In this document: positions 28,258 to 36,547 of the stretch, piece after piece
How the letters are laid out: each line of letters starts with the position of its first letter
Position numbering within the stretch: the first letter of the stretch is position 1
Virus record (IMG/VR): IMGVR_UViG_3300047322_001016
From: an uncultured virus (IMG/VR IMGVR_UViG_3300047322_001016)
Lineage: Duplodnaviria > Heunggongvirae > Uroviricota > Caudoviricetes
Length of the DNA stretch: 64,000 nucleotides
Strand: one strand, 5' to 3'
Translations under genes and position numbers: made by a program
The notes under the pieces: generated by a model
Databases searched by the model: none
What the model was told of the DNA's origin: nothing
Seen by the model: the letters and a program-made list of their open reading frames with translations, nothing else

Positions 28258-29067
28258 ATGAAACTGATTCTGTTTGCGTTGATGGCTTTTTTGGTGGTCG
28301 GTTCAACCACGGCCGCCACAACGACAAATTGGCAGCCTGCACAGCACACGACCTGGCAGATCCAGATCCAGGGTGCGATCGACACGTCCGTGAACGCGCA
28401 GATGTACGACATCGACCTCTTCGACGCCCGCCCTGGCGAGATTAACGCGGGCATCATCGCGAAGCTGCACGGCCAAGGTCGGAAGGTGTTCTGCTACATG
28501 GATTCGGGCGCTTGGGAGTCCTACCGGCCCGACGCGAGCCTGTTCCCGGCCTCCGTGATCGGCAACACGACGGGCTGGGCGGGCGAGAAGTGGATGGACA
28601 TTCGCAAGTCGGCGTGGCCGCTGTTTGAGCCGCTGATCGTGAAGCGGATGCAGCTCGCCGTCTCGCTGGGCTGCGACGGCGTTGACCCGGACCAGAATAA
28701 CCCGGTCGGAAACAACCCCGGCTTTCCTATCACCTACGCCGACGAGTACGCCTGGTATCTAGAGGTCGCGGCTGACGCGCACGCACTCGGGCTCGCGGTG
28801 CTGCAAAAGAATGGCGTCGAGCTGCTCGGCGAAGAAGTCAACGACACTGCTGGTCTGGTCGCCGCGTTCGACGGGATGGTCAATGAGTCGTGTAACCAGT
28901 ACGGCGAGTGCGGCTACCTAACGGCCTACACGAACGCGGGCAAGCCCGTCTTCGAGATCGAGTACAAGGGTACGACGAGCCGCTTCTGCCCGAAGCTGCA
29001 AGCGCTCGGCCTGATGACGCTGAAGAAGAAGCTGTCGCTCTACGCCTATCAGGAGCCGTGCTGGTAG
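28258..29067 (+). CDS. GH114 endo-alpha-1,4-polygalactosaminidase-like protein with signal peptide
   Basis: YDIDLFD...CYMDSGAWESYRPD...GCDGVDPD...QKN...NESC...PVFEIEY. Confidence 0.88.
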   Translation: MKLILFALMAFLVVGSTTAATTTNWQPAQHTTWQIQIQGAIDTSVNAQMYDIDLFDARPGEINAGIIAKLHGQGRKVFCYMDSGAWESYRPDASLFPASVIGNTTGWAGEKWMDIRKSAWPLFEPLIVKRMQLAVSLGCDGVDPDQNNPVGNNPGFPITYADEYAWYLEVAADAHALGLAVLQKNGVELLGEEVNDTAGLVAAFDGMVNESCNQYGECGYLTAYTNAGKPVFEIEYKGTTSRFCPKLQALGLMTLKKKLSLYAYQEPCW

Positions 29068-29826
29068 ATGGCCCCGACCCTCGTCAGGGAAGCGGAGGAA
29101 GGAAGCAGCGTTGCGGGAGGAATCCCATCGCCGATCACGGTGACGGTCGACGCGACCGGCCACACCGCGGGCAACACACTGATCATTCCGTTCGTCAACG
29201 TCGCCGACGCTGGCGTCGCCGTCACCGTCACATCCGTCACGGACAGCAAAGGAAACACGTGGGCGGTCATGGCCGAGTTCACTCGCACCACAGGTCCGTC
29301 GACGCTTTCGGTTCTCGTGTCAACGTTGACGACACCCCTTGTCTCCGGCGACACGATCACGATCAACGTCTCGGCGGCGATCTTCAAGTACGCCTTCCGA
29401 GTCGAGGAATGGTCGGGCGTGCGGGCCGTGCTCGACATGACAACGGCTGCTGCCGGAGGATCGAGCACCACCCCGTCGTCGGGAGCGGCAACTCCAGCGA
29501 CAGCCGGAGATCTCGTTCTTGGCTTCATCGGCTGCACAACGCGCGGCAAGACCGACACGTTCACCCAGGACACTGATACGACCGACGGCGCCTGGCAGAA
29601 CATCACCGCCTGGGGAGCCGCCGGGCTGACCTCGATCTCCGGTCGTGGCGGCTACAAGGTCATCACGGGAACGTCTGCGCAAACCTACGACCCGACGCTT
29701 GGAACGTCGAGTCAGTGGATCGCGATGGAGTTGGCCTTGCTTGCCTCACCCTCGGCCCCACCACAAGGACCCAGTCTGGGTTCGGTCATCTTCGAGAGGA
29801 AGACCGGCCGCGGCGTCTCATGGTGA
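29068..29826 (+). CDS. Thr/Ser/Gly-rich probable virion structural protein
   Basis: SVTDSKGNTW and TAGDLVLG motifs; beta-rich. Confidence 0.6.
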   Translation: MAPTLVREAEEGSSVAGGIPSPITVTVDATGHTAGNTLIIPFVNVADAGVAVTVTSVTDSKGNTWAVMAEFTRTTGPSTLSVLVSTLTTPLVSGDTITINVSAAIFKYAFRVEEWSGVRAVLDMTTAAAGGSSTTPSSGAATPATAGDLVLGFIGCTTRGKTDTFTQDTDTTDGAWQNITAWGAAGLTSISGRGGYKVITGTSAQTYDPTLGTSSQWIAMELALLASPSAPPQGPSLGSVIFERKTGRGVSW

Positions 29827-30408
29827 CCCCTGGAGTTCTTCGAACTCTTTAGCGAGCGTCGCGTCTTCGTCGTCGATCTCGGATAGTTCCTTCTCGAACT
29901 CTGCTTGAAGCTTCATTCTTTTGGACATCTTCCTCCGATTCCGACGCTGGAGAAGCTGCTCTTTCGTCCAGAGATCAACAAGCGATGAATTCTGGTGCTT
30001 GACCACCCCAAGTACGGGATTTTCTGGGTCGCGGCGGGAGCGAACATCGTTTCCGATGATCGCGCATCTCTCCCTGAGTGTCTCCCATTCCGCCATGGCC
30101 TCATCCCGAGTCATTTCCTGAACCGGTTTATGGTCGAAGAAAATAAGGGTTTTGGACCGGCTCTTATCCTCAATCTCGTGTTTGTGGATGACGTTGGTTC
30201 TTATTGCGATCGCCGTTGCGTGCGTGATGTTCCGTACCCCCAGGCGACGCAAAGCAGCCTGGCGATGCTGTTTGACAGTTTCGAGAGCGACATACATTTC
30301 CTTGGCTGTCTGCTCCGCGTTTAGTCCGTTGGCGGCGTGAACCAAGCATTCACGTTCCCTTTCGGTGAGCGGCGTGCCGAAATCCTTTCGTGTCACGCGG
30401 CCCGCCAT
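29818..30408 (-). CDS. LuxR-family HTH regulator
   Basis: LTERERECL...GL....AKEMYVALETVKQH.....RLG. Confidence 0.85.
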   Translation of the reverse strand: MAGRVTRKDFGTPLTERERECLVHAANGLNAEQTAKEMYVALETVKQHRQAALRRLGVRNITHATAIAIRTNVIHKHEIEDKSRSKTLIFFDHKPVQEMTRDEAMAEWETLRERCAIIGNDVRSRRDPENPVLGVVKHQNSSLVDLWTKEQLLQRRNRRKMSKRMKLQAEFEKELSEIDDEDATLAKEFEELQGSP

Positions 30409-30451
30409 GATCCCGACTGTAAAGAGACGACAGGACGTGTATAACTGCGCC

Positions 30452-31462
30452 ATGGCCGACCTTCCTCTCACCAAGATCTCCGAGACGGCGAAGACGATCA
30501 CGCTGGGCTGGACGCCGGTCCCGTGTCTCGGGTATGTCCTCTACGCCGACGGCGTCAGGAAGTCGAACTCGTGGGATCCCACCAAGCGGACATGGACGAC
30601 GAACAAAGCAACGGAGATCAAGGTCGTGGCGCTCGGCTCTGCCGCCGAAGGCACCTACCCGCCTGCCGTCGCCGGGGCGCCGCACCCGACGTCCGCGGTG
30701 ACGCTGACACCAAACTATTATGCGTCCCAGGACGGCGCCGCCGCGAACTACCAGTCGTGCTGGCTCGGCTCGTCCCCGACCGCCTACACGATCGACAGGC
30801 TCGTGTCGGACGCGTTCTCCGGGGCGTTGCTCTGGAAGCCGAAGTCGCCGTGGCCGAGCCGTCCCGCCGCGGGGTCATGGGGGCGAGTGTGGAACTTCCA
30901 CAACACCGCCGACGACAACAGCGCAGGGTACGGCTGGTCGCTGCCGCCGGGCACGTCGGCGTTCGCTCTTGACTTCTACGACGGAACGCTGTGGCTGAAC
31001 GTGGAGCCGTCGACGCCGAACAACTATGCGATCCTCACGAACGTTCCTCCCAACCACCGTTACACGATCGCGACGGACGTCGTCTGGGGCCGCACCGACG
31101 GCACGACCGCGAGGCCAGGCTCGGTGAAGCTGTGGCTCGACGGAATCCTGAAGGTCGACCTTCCCGCGTGCAACACGATGTATAAGTGGGCGAACGGACA
31201 GATCCAGCACAAGATGATGGTCTGGGCTGGCCACTACACGCAGGCGATCCAGGACGGTGTTGAGTTGTCGTTCGAGATCGCGCAGCCCTGGATGGGAGCC
31301 GACCACGCCGCCGCTCTCGCTTCGGCTGGCGGCACGGCGGGCGAGTGGGCGCTGTCGAACATCCCGATCCCCGGCAAGGACCATTCGCTCGGCCCCGCGA
31401 CGTGCTCGGCGATCGCACCGTGGACGACAGCCGAGCTCGTTCTGCCAGCCGAGTGGAGCTAG
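30452..31462 (+). CDS. polysaccharide-lyase/ConA-like protein
   Basis: VWNFH...VVW....GSVKLWLDG pattern; N-terminal FnIII-like segment. Confidence 0.55.
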   Translation: MADLPLTKISETAKTITLGWTPVPCLGYVLYADGVRKSNSWDPTKRTWTTNKATEIKVVALGSAAEGTYPPAVAGAPHPTSAVTLTPNYYASQDGAAANYQSCWLGSSPTAYTIDRLVSDAFSGALLWKPKSPWPSRPAAGSWGRVWNFHNTADDNSAGYGWSLPPGTSAFALDFYDGTLWLNVEPSTPNNYAILTNVPPNHRYTIATDVVWGRTDGTTARPGSVKLWLDGILKVDLPACNTMYKWANGQIQHKMMVWAGHYTQAIQDGVELSFEIAQPWMGADHAAALASAGGTAGEWALSNIPIPGKDHSLGPATCSAIAPWTTAELVLPAEWS

Positions 31463-31487
31463 GCTTCCTTCGTGTAGTCTGGCCTGC

Positions 31488-31560
31488 GGGCGATTAGCTC
31501 AACTGGGAGAGCGCTCGGGTCACATCCGAGAGGTCGGGGGTTCGAAGCCCTCATTGCCCA
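31488..31560 (+). tRNA. tRNA-Val(CAC)
   Basis: CTCGG-GT-CAC-AT-CCGAG. Confidence 0.9.
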
Positions 31561-31571
31561 CTGCACCACCC

Positions 31572-31644
31572 GGGCTCTTAGCTCAGCGGACAGAGCTTCT
31601 GGTTCCTAACCGGAGAGTCGCAGGTTCGATTCCTGCAGGGCCCA
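31572..31644 (+). tRNA. tRNA-Arg(CCT)
   Basis: TCTGG-TT-CCT-AA-CCGGA. Confidence 0.9.
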
Positions 31645-31648
31645 TCGA

Positions 31649-31722
31649 AGGCTGTTAGCTCAGTCCGGGAGAGCGCCGTCGTGACATGGCGGAGGCCGCT
31701 GGTTCGATCCCAGCACAGCCTA
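31649..31722 (+). tRNA. tRNA-Val(GAC)
   Basis: CCGTC-GT-GAC-AT-GGCGG. Confidence 0.9.
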
Positions 31723-31728
31723 TGAATC

Positions 31729-31923
31729 GGCCCCCGCCTGTCGGTCGGGGGCCGCGCGGAAGAAACGCCCACTCCCCACCGGGAGTCTTCTCCATCCTCT
31801 AGCCCGCTTATCGTCCCTGCGAGGACTTCGGCGGCTCACCTGACCGGGATGGTCTCTGTCAGCTTGGCGGCAGATAACCCGCTGCACCCGCCGGGACCCC
31901 GGGCTGTTCGCAGTAGCCCAAGG
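31729..31923 (-). ncRNA. candidate structured ncRNA
   Basis: no convincing ORF, several hairpins, GGTATATACT motif just upstream, GC hairpin at the 3' end. Confidence 0.4.
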
Positions 31924-31972
31924 CCTCTCGAGTATATACCGAGGGTGGGGTTGGGTTGTGTATCATCGTCGC

Positions 31973-32046
31973 GGGCCTTTAGCTCAGTCCGGGAGAGCGC
32001 CGTCTTTGCAAGGCGGATGTCGTCGGTTCGATTCCGACAAGGTCCA
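31973..32046 (+). tRNA. tRNA-Ala(TGC)
   Basis: G3:U70; TT-TGC-AA. Confidence 0.92.
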
Positions 32047-32135
32047 TGTGACTGGAGAAGACGCGTCTTGCTTCGGTTTGAATGGTGCGACAGTAGGTTT
32101 TGCGAAAGCGCACCAGCCGTGAAAGTGTTCGTCTG

Positions 32136-32207
32136 GCCTCTGTAGTGTCAACGGCAGCACACGCCCTTTGTACGGCCGGGGTCCGGGTTCGACTCCTGGC
32201 GGAGGCT
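32136..32207 (+). tRNA. tRNA-Thr(TGT)
   Basis: TT-TGT-AC loop; one C-C mismatch in the stem. Confidence 0.8.
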
Positions 32208-32214
32208 CTGTAGT

Positions 32215-32285
32215 GCGGGTGTAGTTCAATGGCAGAATCCCAGCCTTCCAAGCTGATTACGAGGGTTCGATTCCCTCCACCCGCT
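32215..32285 (+). tRNA. tRNA-Gly(TCC)
   Basis: CT-TCC-AA, U73. Confidence 0.92.
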
Positions 32286-32354
32286 TCACCGCTCCGGAAT
32301 TCCGGAGCGACCGCTTCAGGCGTAGACTTCAAGTGACGTCTACGAAAGGAAGCC

Positions 32355-32570
32355 ATGGCAGACACTGATGTGGGGAAGCACGGGACGTTGCATCTCGACG
32401 GCAAGGACTACGCGTGCAAGGTGGTCGGCTACGAGGCCGGGAGGGACTCCGGCGACCATCTGCTCGAGTACGCCGCTGGCGGCGACGGCCACGCCGGCGA
32501 CGTTGTCCGCGAGTGGTATGTGGCTCGCGCCCACGGAACCAACGAGTCCGGCACGTTCACGCTCAACTAG
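32355..32570 (+). CDS. hypothetical protein
   Basis: RBS AAAGGAA; followed by a terminator-like hairpin. Confidence 0.6.
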   Translation: MADTDVGKHGTLHLDGKDYACKVVGYEAGRDSGDHLLEYAAGGDGHAGDVVREWYVARAHGTNESGTFTLN

Positions 32571-32582
32571 GAGCCGACCCTG

Positions 32583-32618
32583 GAAGAAGAGACGCCCCGG
32601 TCGGGGCGTCTCTTCTTC
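32583..32618. terminator. hairpin between convergent genes
   Basis: GAAGAAGAGACGCCCC-GGTC-GGGGCGTCTCTTCTTC. Confidence 0.7.
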
Positions 32619-32625
32619 TCCGGCA

Positions 32626-33021
32626 TCATCTCGGGTAGCGCCGCTCGAGCCAGTCGAAGCCGCGCACCTGGATCACGAACGAGATCTCGGCTTGCGTCAT
32701 CACTTTCCGCAGCATCCGCCGGTGGTCTCTTCCGCCCATCCATTCAGGAAGCTCGACCAGGTCGTGGCAGGTGCGGCACAAAGGCACGACGTTCGCGTCG
32801 CAGCCGCGCAGATGCTTCCACTCGGGACGGACGCGGAAAAACTCCTGCGGCACCAGGTGGTGGCGGGTCATCAGCCGGATCGCGTCGGGGCGATCGCACA
32901 GGTCTTTCAGCTCGGCCGCGGCCCGTCCGCACATGCGGCAGTGGCCTTCCTGGCGAACCTTGACCTTGCCGGCGCCGCTGCGGAACCGCAGGCTTTCCGA
33001 CACTGAGATGGTTGTGCTCAT
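32626..33021 (-). CDS. HNH endonuclease-like protein
   Basis: CRMC...TRHHLVP...NVVPLCRTCH. Confidence 0.8.
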   Translation of the reverse strand: MSTTISVSESLRFRSGAGKVKVRQEGHCRMCGRAAAELKDLCDRPDAIRLMTRHHLVPQEFFRVRPEWKHLRGCDANVVPLCRTCHDLVELPEWMGGRDHRRMLRKVMTQAEISFVIQVRGFDWLERRYPR

Positions 33022-33281
33022 TCGAACACCGGGAACTTCCCTGTCGGGAACTTGCCTTTCTCCAACACCAGACGCGCCTTAGCGGCGGGCACGACGAGCT
33101 CGGGATCCTGGATCGGCTCGGCCGCCGCCAACGCCAGTTCGAGCGCAGCGAATGTCGTCAGACCGGCGTTCTTGACGAGAACATCCGCGGCCTGCTGACG
33201 CAGTTCCCTGGGAACCTGTGAGAGCCGAACGGTGACTGTCGCCACTTCGTCCGCCCCCACTTGGGGCGGACGGGTAGCCAT
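33018..33281 (-). CDS. hypothetical protein
   Basis: RBS GAGG; ATGA-coupled to the HNH gene. Confidence 0.55.
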   Translation of the reverse strand: MATRPPQVGADEVATVTVRLSQVPRELRQQAADVLVKNAGLTTFAALELALAAAEPIQDPELVVPAAKARLVLEKGKFPTGKFPVFE

Positions 33282-33469
33282 TGTCTACCTCGTCAGCCCG
33301 GAAGGGTGTGGTCGCGGTTCGTCGCCCCGAAGGTCGCGACGAAACCGGCATCCGGCTTCGCGACCATGGCCTCGATCCGCCTGGAAGCAGGAGTTGTGTG
33401 TCGCAGAAGACGCTCCAGGCTCGAAACCATGACACGAGACTACGCGGCGTCGGCGCGGCCGTCAAGAGA

Positions 33470-33505
33470 TGGCGGGGAGAGAAGGTTCGAAGCCTTCTCT
33501 CCCCG
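33470..33505 (-). ncRNA. tRNA minihelix-like hairpin
   Basis: 12-bp GGGGAGAGAAGG/CCTTCTCTCCCC, loop CTTCGAA, then G-CCA. Confidence 0.4.
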
Positions 33506-33522
33506 TGGAGCTCGGGAGCCGT

Positions 33523-33990
33523 TTAACCGACTCCCGAGCGCGTTGGCCGTACGGCCATGGGCGTGGCAGGCATCGAACCTGCAACCTCCGCGTCACCCGA
33601 AGGTGAGCGGTGCTGATCCATTTCAGCTTCACGCCCTGGTGTTGAAACATGGACGACGGGTGCATTGAGCACCGGCACCCGCTTGTGACGCAAGATCCGC
33701 GGCAACTCGATAAGTGGAGCAGTAGCGAAGATGGTCGCGGACCCGGGCTCGACCTCCGTCACGCCTTCGTCGATCATTAGGGTGCCGGGAAGCTCGCGGC
33801 AGGCACGTTCGAAGACGGCCGGCGAGAGTGCGATCCGCGTCCGGGTGCAGGTGCCTTGGGTCTGCCAGCGCTCGAGCAGCGCCGCGAGATCCGAATCCTT
33901 CATCGCCGCCGCAAAGAGACGCTGGGCTGCTTGGAAGGACTGGGCTGCGATCTTGCCGGCGCTCATCTCGAGCGAGCCGTTGACGATCAA
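33523..33990 (-). CDS. peptidyl-tRNA hydrolase, Pth2 family
   Basis: L.MSAGKIAAQ...W...G...DEGVTEVEPGS.T....AP; start and stop positions uncertain. Confidence 0.8.
   Translation of the reverse strand: MIVNGSLEMSAGKIAAQSFQAAQRLFAAAMKDSDLAALLERWQTQGTCTRTRIALSPAVFERACRELPGTLMIDEGVTEVEPGSATIFATAPLIELPRILRHKRVPVLNAPVVHVSTPGREAEMDQHRSPSGDAEVAGSMPATPMAVRPTRSGVG
33558..33636 (-). ncRNA. tRNA-like RNA lacking an anticodon loop
   Basis: GGGCGTG/CACGCCC acceptor, GCTG/CAGC D-arm, T-arm; anticodon arm is CCGC-TCACC-TTCG-GGTGA-C-GCGG. Confidence 0.8.
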
Positions 33991-34000
33991 GTAGACCGCA

Positions 34001-34074
34001 AGGGCTCGACGGGGGTTGAACCCGTGACCGATCGGAGTATAAAGTCCGCCGCTCTGCCGTTGAGCTACGAGCCC
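34001..34074 (-). tRNA. atypical tRNA with 8-nt anticodon loop CTTTATAC (identity uncertain)
   Basis: GGGCTCG/CGAGCCC acceptor, normal D and T arms, CGGA/TCCG stem. Confidence 0.65.
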
Positions 34075-34194
34075 GTGATTGGAACTCTCATCCCGCCCGA
34101 GCGTTGGCTCAAGAGGCGGGGTTGACGTACGACTAAGCTCTTATAGAGTTCACGGTCGGGATCATACGCACGTCACGTGGCGGATGTCAAGCGC

Positions 34195-34938
34195 TCACCA
34201 TGAGACGCTGTTCGAACGACGGCGGAGCGGCGCCCATCCCGGGGACGGTAAGAGCACGGCACCGATCTTCCCATCCGCCGCCGTTGCGGTCGCGATGTCA
34301 TCGAAGTACCAGAAGCCAGTCGCAGTTGGGTTGTTGGCCAAACTGCCGAAGCCGAAACGGAAAATACGCGCCTGCGCGACCGCTCCCGCCTGCGTGGTCA
34401 CGGGAACGTTCCCGGAGTCATAGGTGGCTGTCCCGGAGTCTCCAAGGTACGTCCACACCCGGATCAGGGCGCTATTGACGGTGCTGACGACAACGCTGAC
34501 CTCGATCCGCGTGAACGTATTTACGGCGACGACCGGAATGGGTGATGATGTGATGTTCGCGTCGGTGCCGTCGGTGATGTTGACGTTTCCGCCAGTCGAC
34601 AACCAAATGCCACCGATGATCGTTTGCGCCGGATGGCGGATCGAAAGCACACGCCGGCCCGTGGACGGAAGTTCGTCGGTTGTGAAATAGAACCGGGCGA
34701 AGCCATCACCGTCGGCCGACAGGTTCAAGTCAAAGTTGGAGGCCTCGACGGTTCCGCGGGTTGCGAGTCGATAGCCAAGCTGGCCGTGCGCTTTGAGCAC
34801 GTTCGTGTATTCCAGGATCGCAGCCGTCGCGCCCTTCGTGACGAGGTTAAGTGATGTTCCCGAGCCAGTGTCGCCCGTGGTCGGAGTAACACCGTTCACC
34901 CCTCCCTCGGCGTTATTCTCGCGAAGGCTCATCGCCAT
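34195..34938 (-). CDS. LamG/ConA-like beta-sandwich protein
   Basis: ARFYF...FTRIEV...WYFDDI; similar to 26298-26984. Confidence 0.6.
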   Translation of the reverse strand: MAMSLRENNAEGGVNGVTPTTGDTGSGTSLNLVTKGATAAILEYTNVLKAHGQLGYRLATRGTVEASNFDLNLSADGDGFARFYFTTDELPSTGRRVLSIRHPAQTIIGGIWLSTGGNVNITDGTDANITSSPIPVVAVNTFTRIEVSVVVSTVNSALIRVWTYLGDSGTATYDSGNVPVTTQAGAVAQARIFRFGFGSLANNPTATGFWYFDDIATATAADGKIGAVLLPSPGWAPLRRRSNSVSW

Positions 34939-35036
34939 CAGTCTAAGAGCCGACCCGGAAGGTGTTGGCGCCCCACCCAGGCCTGGTCAGTACAGGGCGC
35001 TTGCGGCCAGCCTGCCAAGCTGCCATCATCCCGACC

Positions 35037-35258
35037 ATGCTTTCCGACACGATCACACAGGACGAGCTCGACATCCTCACCGACGCGTTTCTGGAGAAGG
35101 CAAGGATGTCGGGTGGTCTGCGGCCGAAGACGAGCGAACGGTTCCGTGAGATCATCCAGATGGTGATCGTCGACACGATGCTGACCGTCGAGGGCGTCGT
35201 CACGGTCGAGCAGTGGGGCGCAGAGCTGATGGCCTGTAGCCACCCGCAGACCTCCTAG
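35037..35258 (+). CDS. hypothetical protein
   Basis: MLSDTITQDELDIL... Confidence 0.5.
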   Translation: MLSDTITQDELDILTDAFLEKARMSGGLRPKTSERFREIIQMVIVDTMLTVEGVVTVEQWGAELMACSHPQTS

Positions 35259-35288
35259 CACTCCGGAATTCCGGAAGGCGCACAGCCC

Positions 35289-35359
35289 GGCTGGCGGGCG
35301 GGACGGCCACGCAGCGGACTGCAAATCCGCTCAACCCGGTTCGACTCCGGGGCCAGCCT
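35289..35359 (+). tRNA. tRNA-Cys(GCA)
   Basis: GCGGA-CT-GCA-AA-TCCGC, U73. Confidence 0.9.
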
Positions 35360-35442
35360 CTTGACGAAAAAACGTGCCGACGGGTAGAGTTACGCTCTAC
35401 CCGTCGGGCATCCGTCGTCCACAAGACGTACCATCCCCTGGC

Positions 35443-36153
35443 ATGCGGCCCACCGCCGAAGAGAAAGAGCGGTTCCTCCAATACATTCGCGAAGGGGACG
35501 ACCGTCCCACCGCGGCGTGGCGCATCAACCCTGACTTCACCGGGACGATGTTCAAACGGATGTGCAACCCGTCGTCGAAACGGTACGAACCCGATTTCTC
35601 TGCCGCCTACGACGAAGCTGTTGAAGACCGCGGGCCCCTTGACCCTGACCGGCCGCAGATCTGGTCGGGTGAGCGTTCGTCGTCGTCGACGACGCTGGCC
35701 GGGTACACGAAAGCCAACCATCTCACCCACGACCAGCTTGAGCATTTCCTCGAGATGGTGCGCGACGGGGTGATGGCACATTCGGCCGCCAAAAGGATTG
35801 AGCCGCCGACGTCGTTCGTGCAGATCCAACGCAGGGCCAGCCGCGACGCGGACTTCGCGGAAGCGTTCCGGGAAGCGAAAGAAGAAGGGTTCCCTGCCTA
35901 TCAGGAGTCGCTTCGGGCCGAAGCCGTCCGTCAGGCGTTCGCGGGTGACTACCGCGCGTTGAAGGACCAGATGCTGATGCACCTGCCGGAAGCGAAGGCG
36001 CTGATGACGACGAAACACGAGGTTTCGGGTTTGGACGGCAACGCGATCGAACTTGCCCGCAAGTACTTCCCTGAGCTTCCCCCCGAGATGCTGGACGAGA
36101 TGATCCGGGTTTTGGAAGCGCAGGAGCCGAAGCAGATCGGCCCTTCCGAGTGA
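35443..36153 (+). CDS. probable terminase small subunit
   Basis: two KERFL/EHFL...DFxxAxxEA HTH-like repeats, KHEVSGLDG tail, lies upstream of terL. Confidence 0.7.
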   Translation: MRPTAEEKERFLQYIREGDDRPTAAWRINPDFTGTMFKRMCNPSSKRYEPDFSAAYDEAVEDRGPLDPDRPQIWSGERSSSSTTLAGYTKANHLTHDQLEHFLEMVRDGVMAHSAAKRIEPPTSFVQIQRRASRDADFAEAFREAKEEGFPAYQESLRAEAVRQAFAGDYRALKDQMLMHLPEAKALMTTKHEVSGLDGNAIELARKYFPELPPEMLDEMIRVLEAQEPKQIGPSE

Positions 36154-36316
36154 AAGCGGAGACAGATCCACGGGATTACGGCTGGCACTCTCCGTCGCAG
36201 CCAAACGTCTACCCGTTGAAAGAGAACAAGCGCCCGATCGGCTTCGCTCCATGGCCCGAACTAGAACCGGAATCCCTGCCGGACCAGCCAAAGAAGAAGC
36301 GGAAGAAGAAGCGGCG

Positions 36317-36547
36317 ATGACCGACACCAAATGCTACATCTGCGGCGACTGCTGGTGGCAGGGCTGCCCCAACGATGCCGACTACCAGATGCACGTTGAT
36401 TTGAAGCGGAAAGGGCTGCCGCTGTTTTCCGGTTCGGTCGAGCTTTGCGGAGGACACAAGGACCAGGTTCACACGAACGGCGGCCGCATGGATCTGAAGT
36501 GGGAAGCGGTGGAGCAGGCCCTGTCGATGCAGCGGGTGAAAGCGTGA
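36317..36547 (+). CDS. small Cys-rich protein
   Basis: CYIC...LCGGH. Confidence 0.5.
   Translation: MTDTKCYICGDCWWQGCPNDADYQMHVDLKRKGLPLFSGSVELCGGHKDQVHTNGGRMDLKWEAVEQALSMQRVKA

Noticed and set aside
31800..31860. SRP RNA (GGTCAGGT seen on the minus strand)
   Set aside because: Lacks the GNRA-capped helix and AGCAG partner of SRP domain IV.
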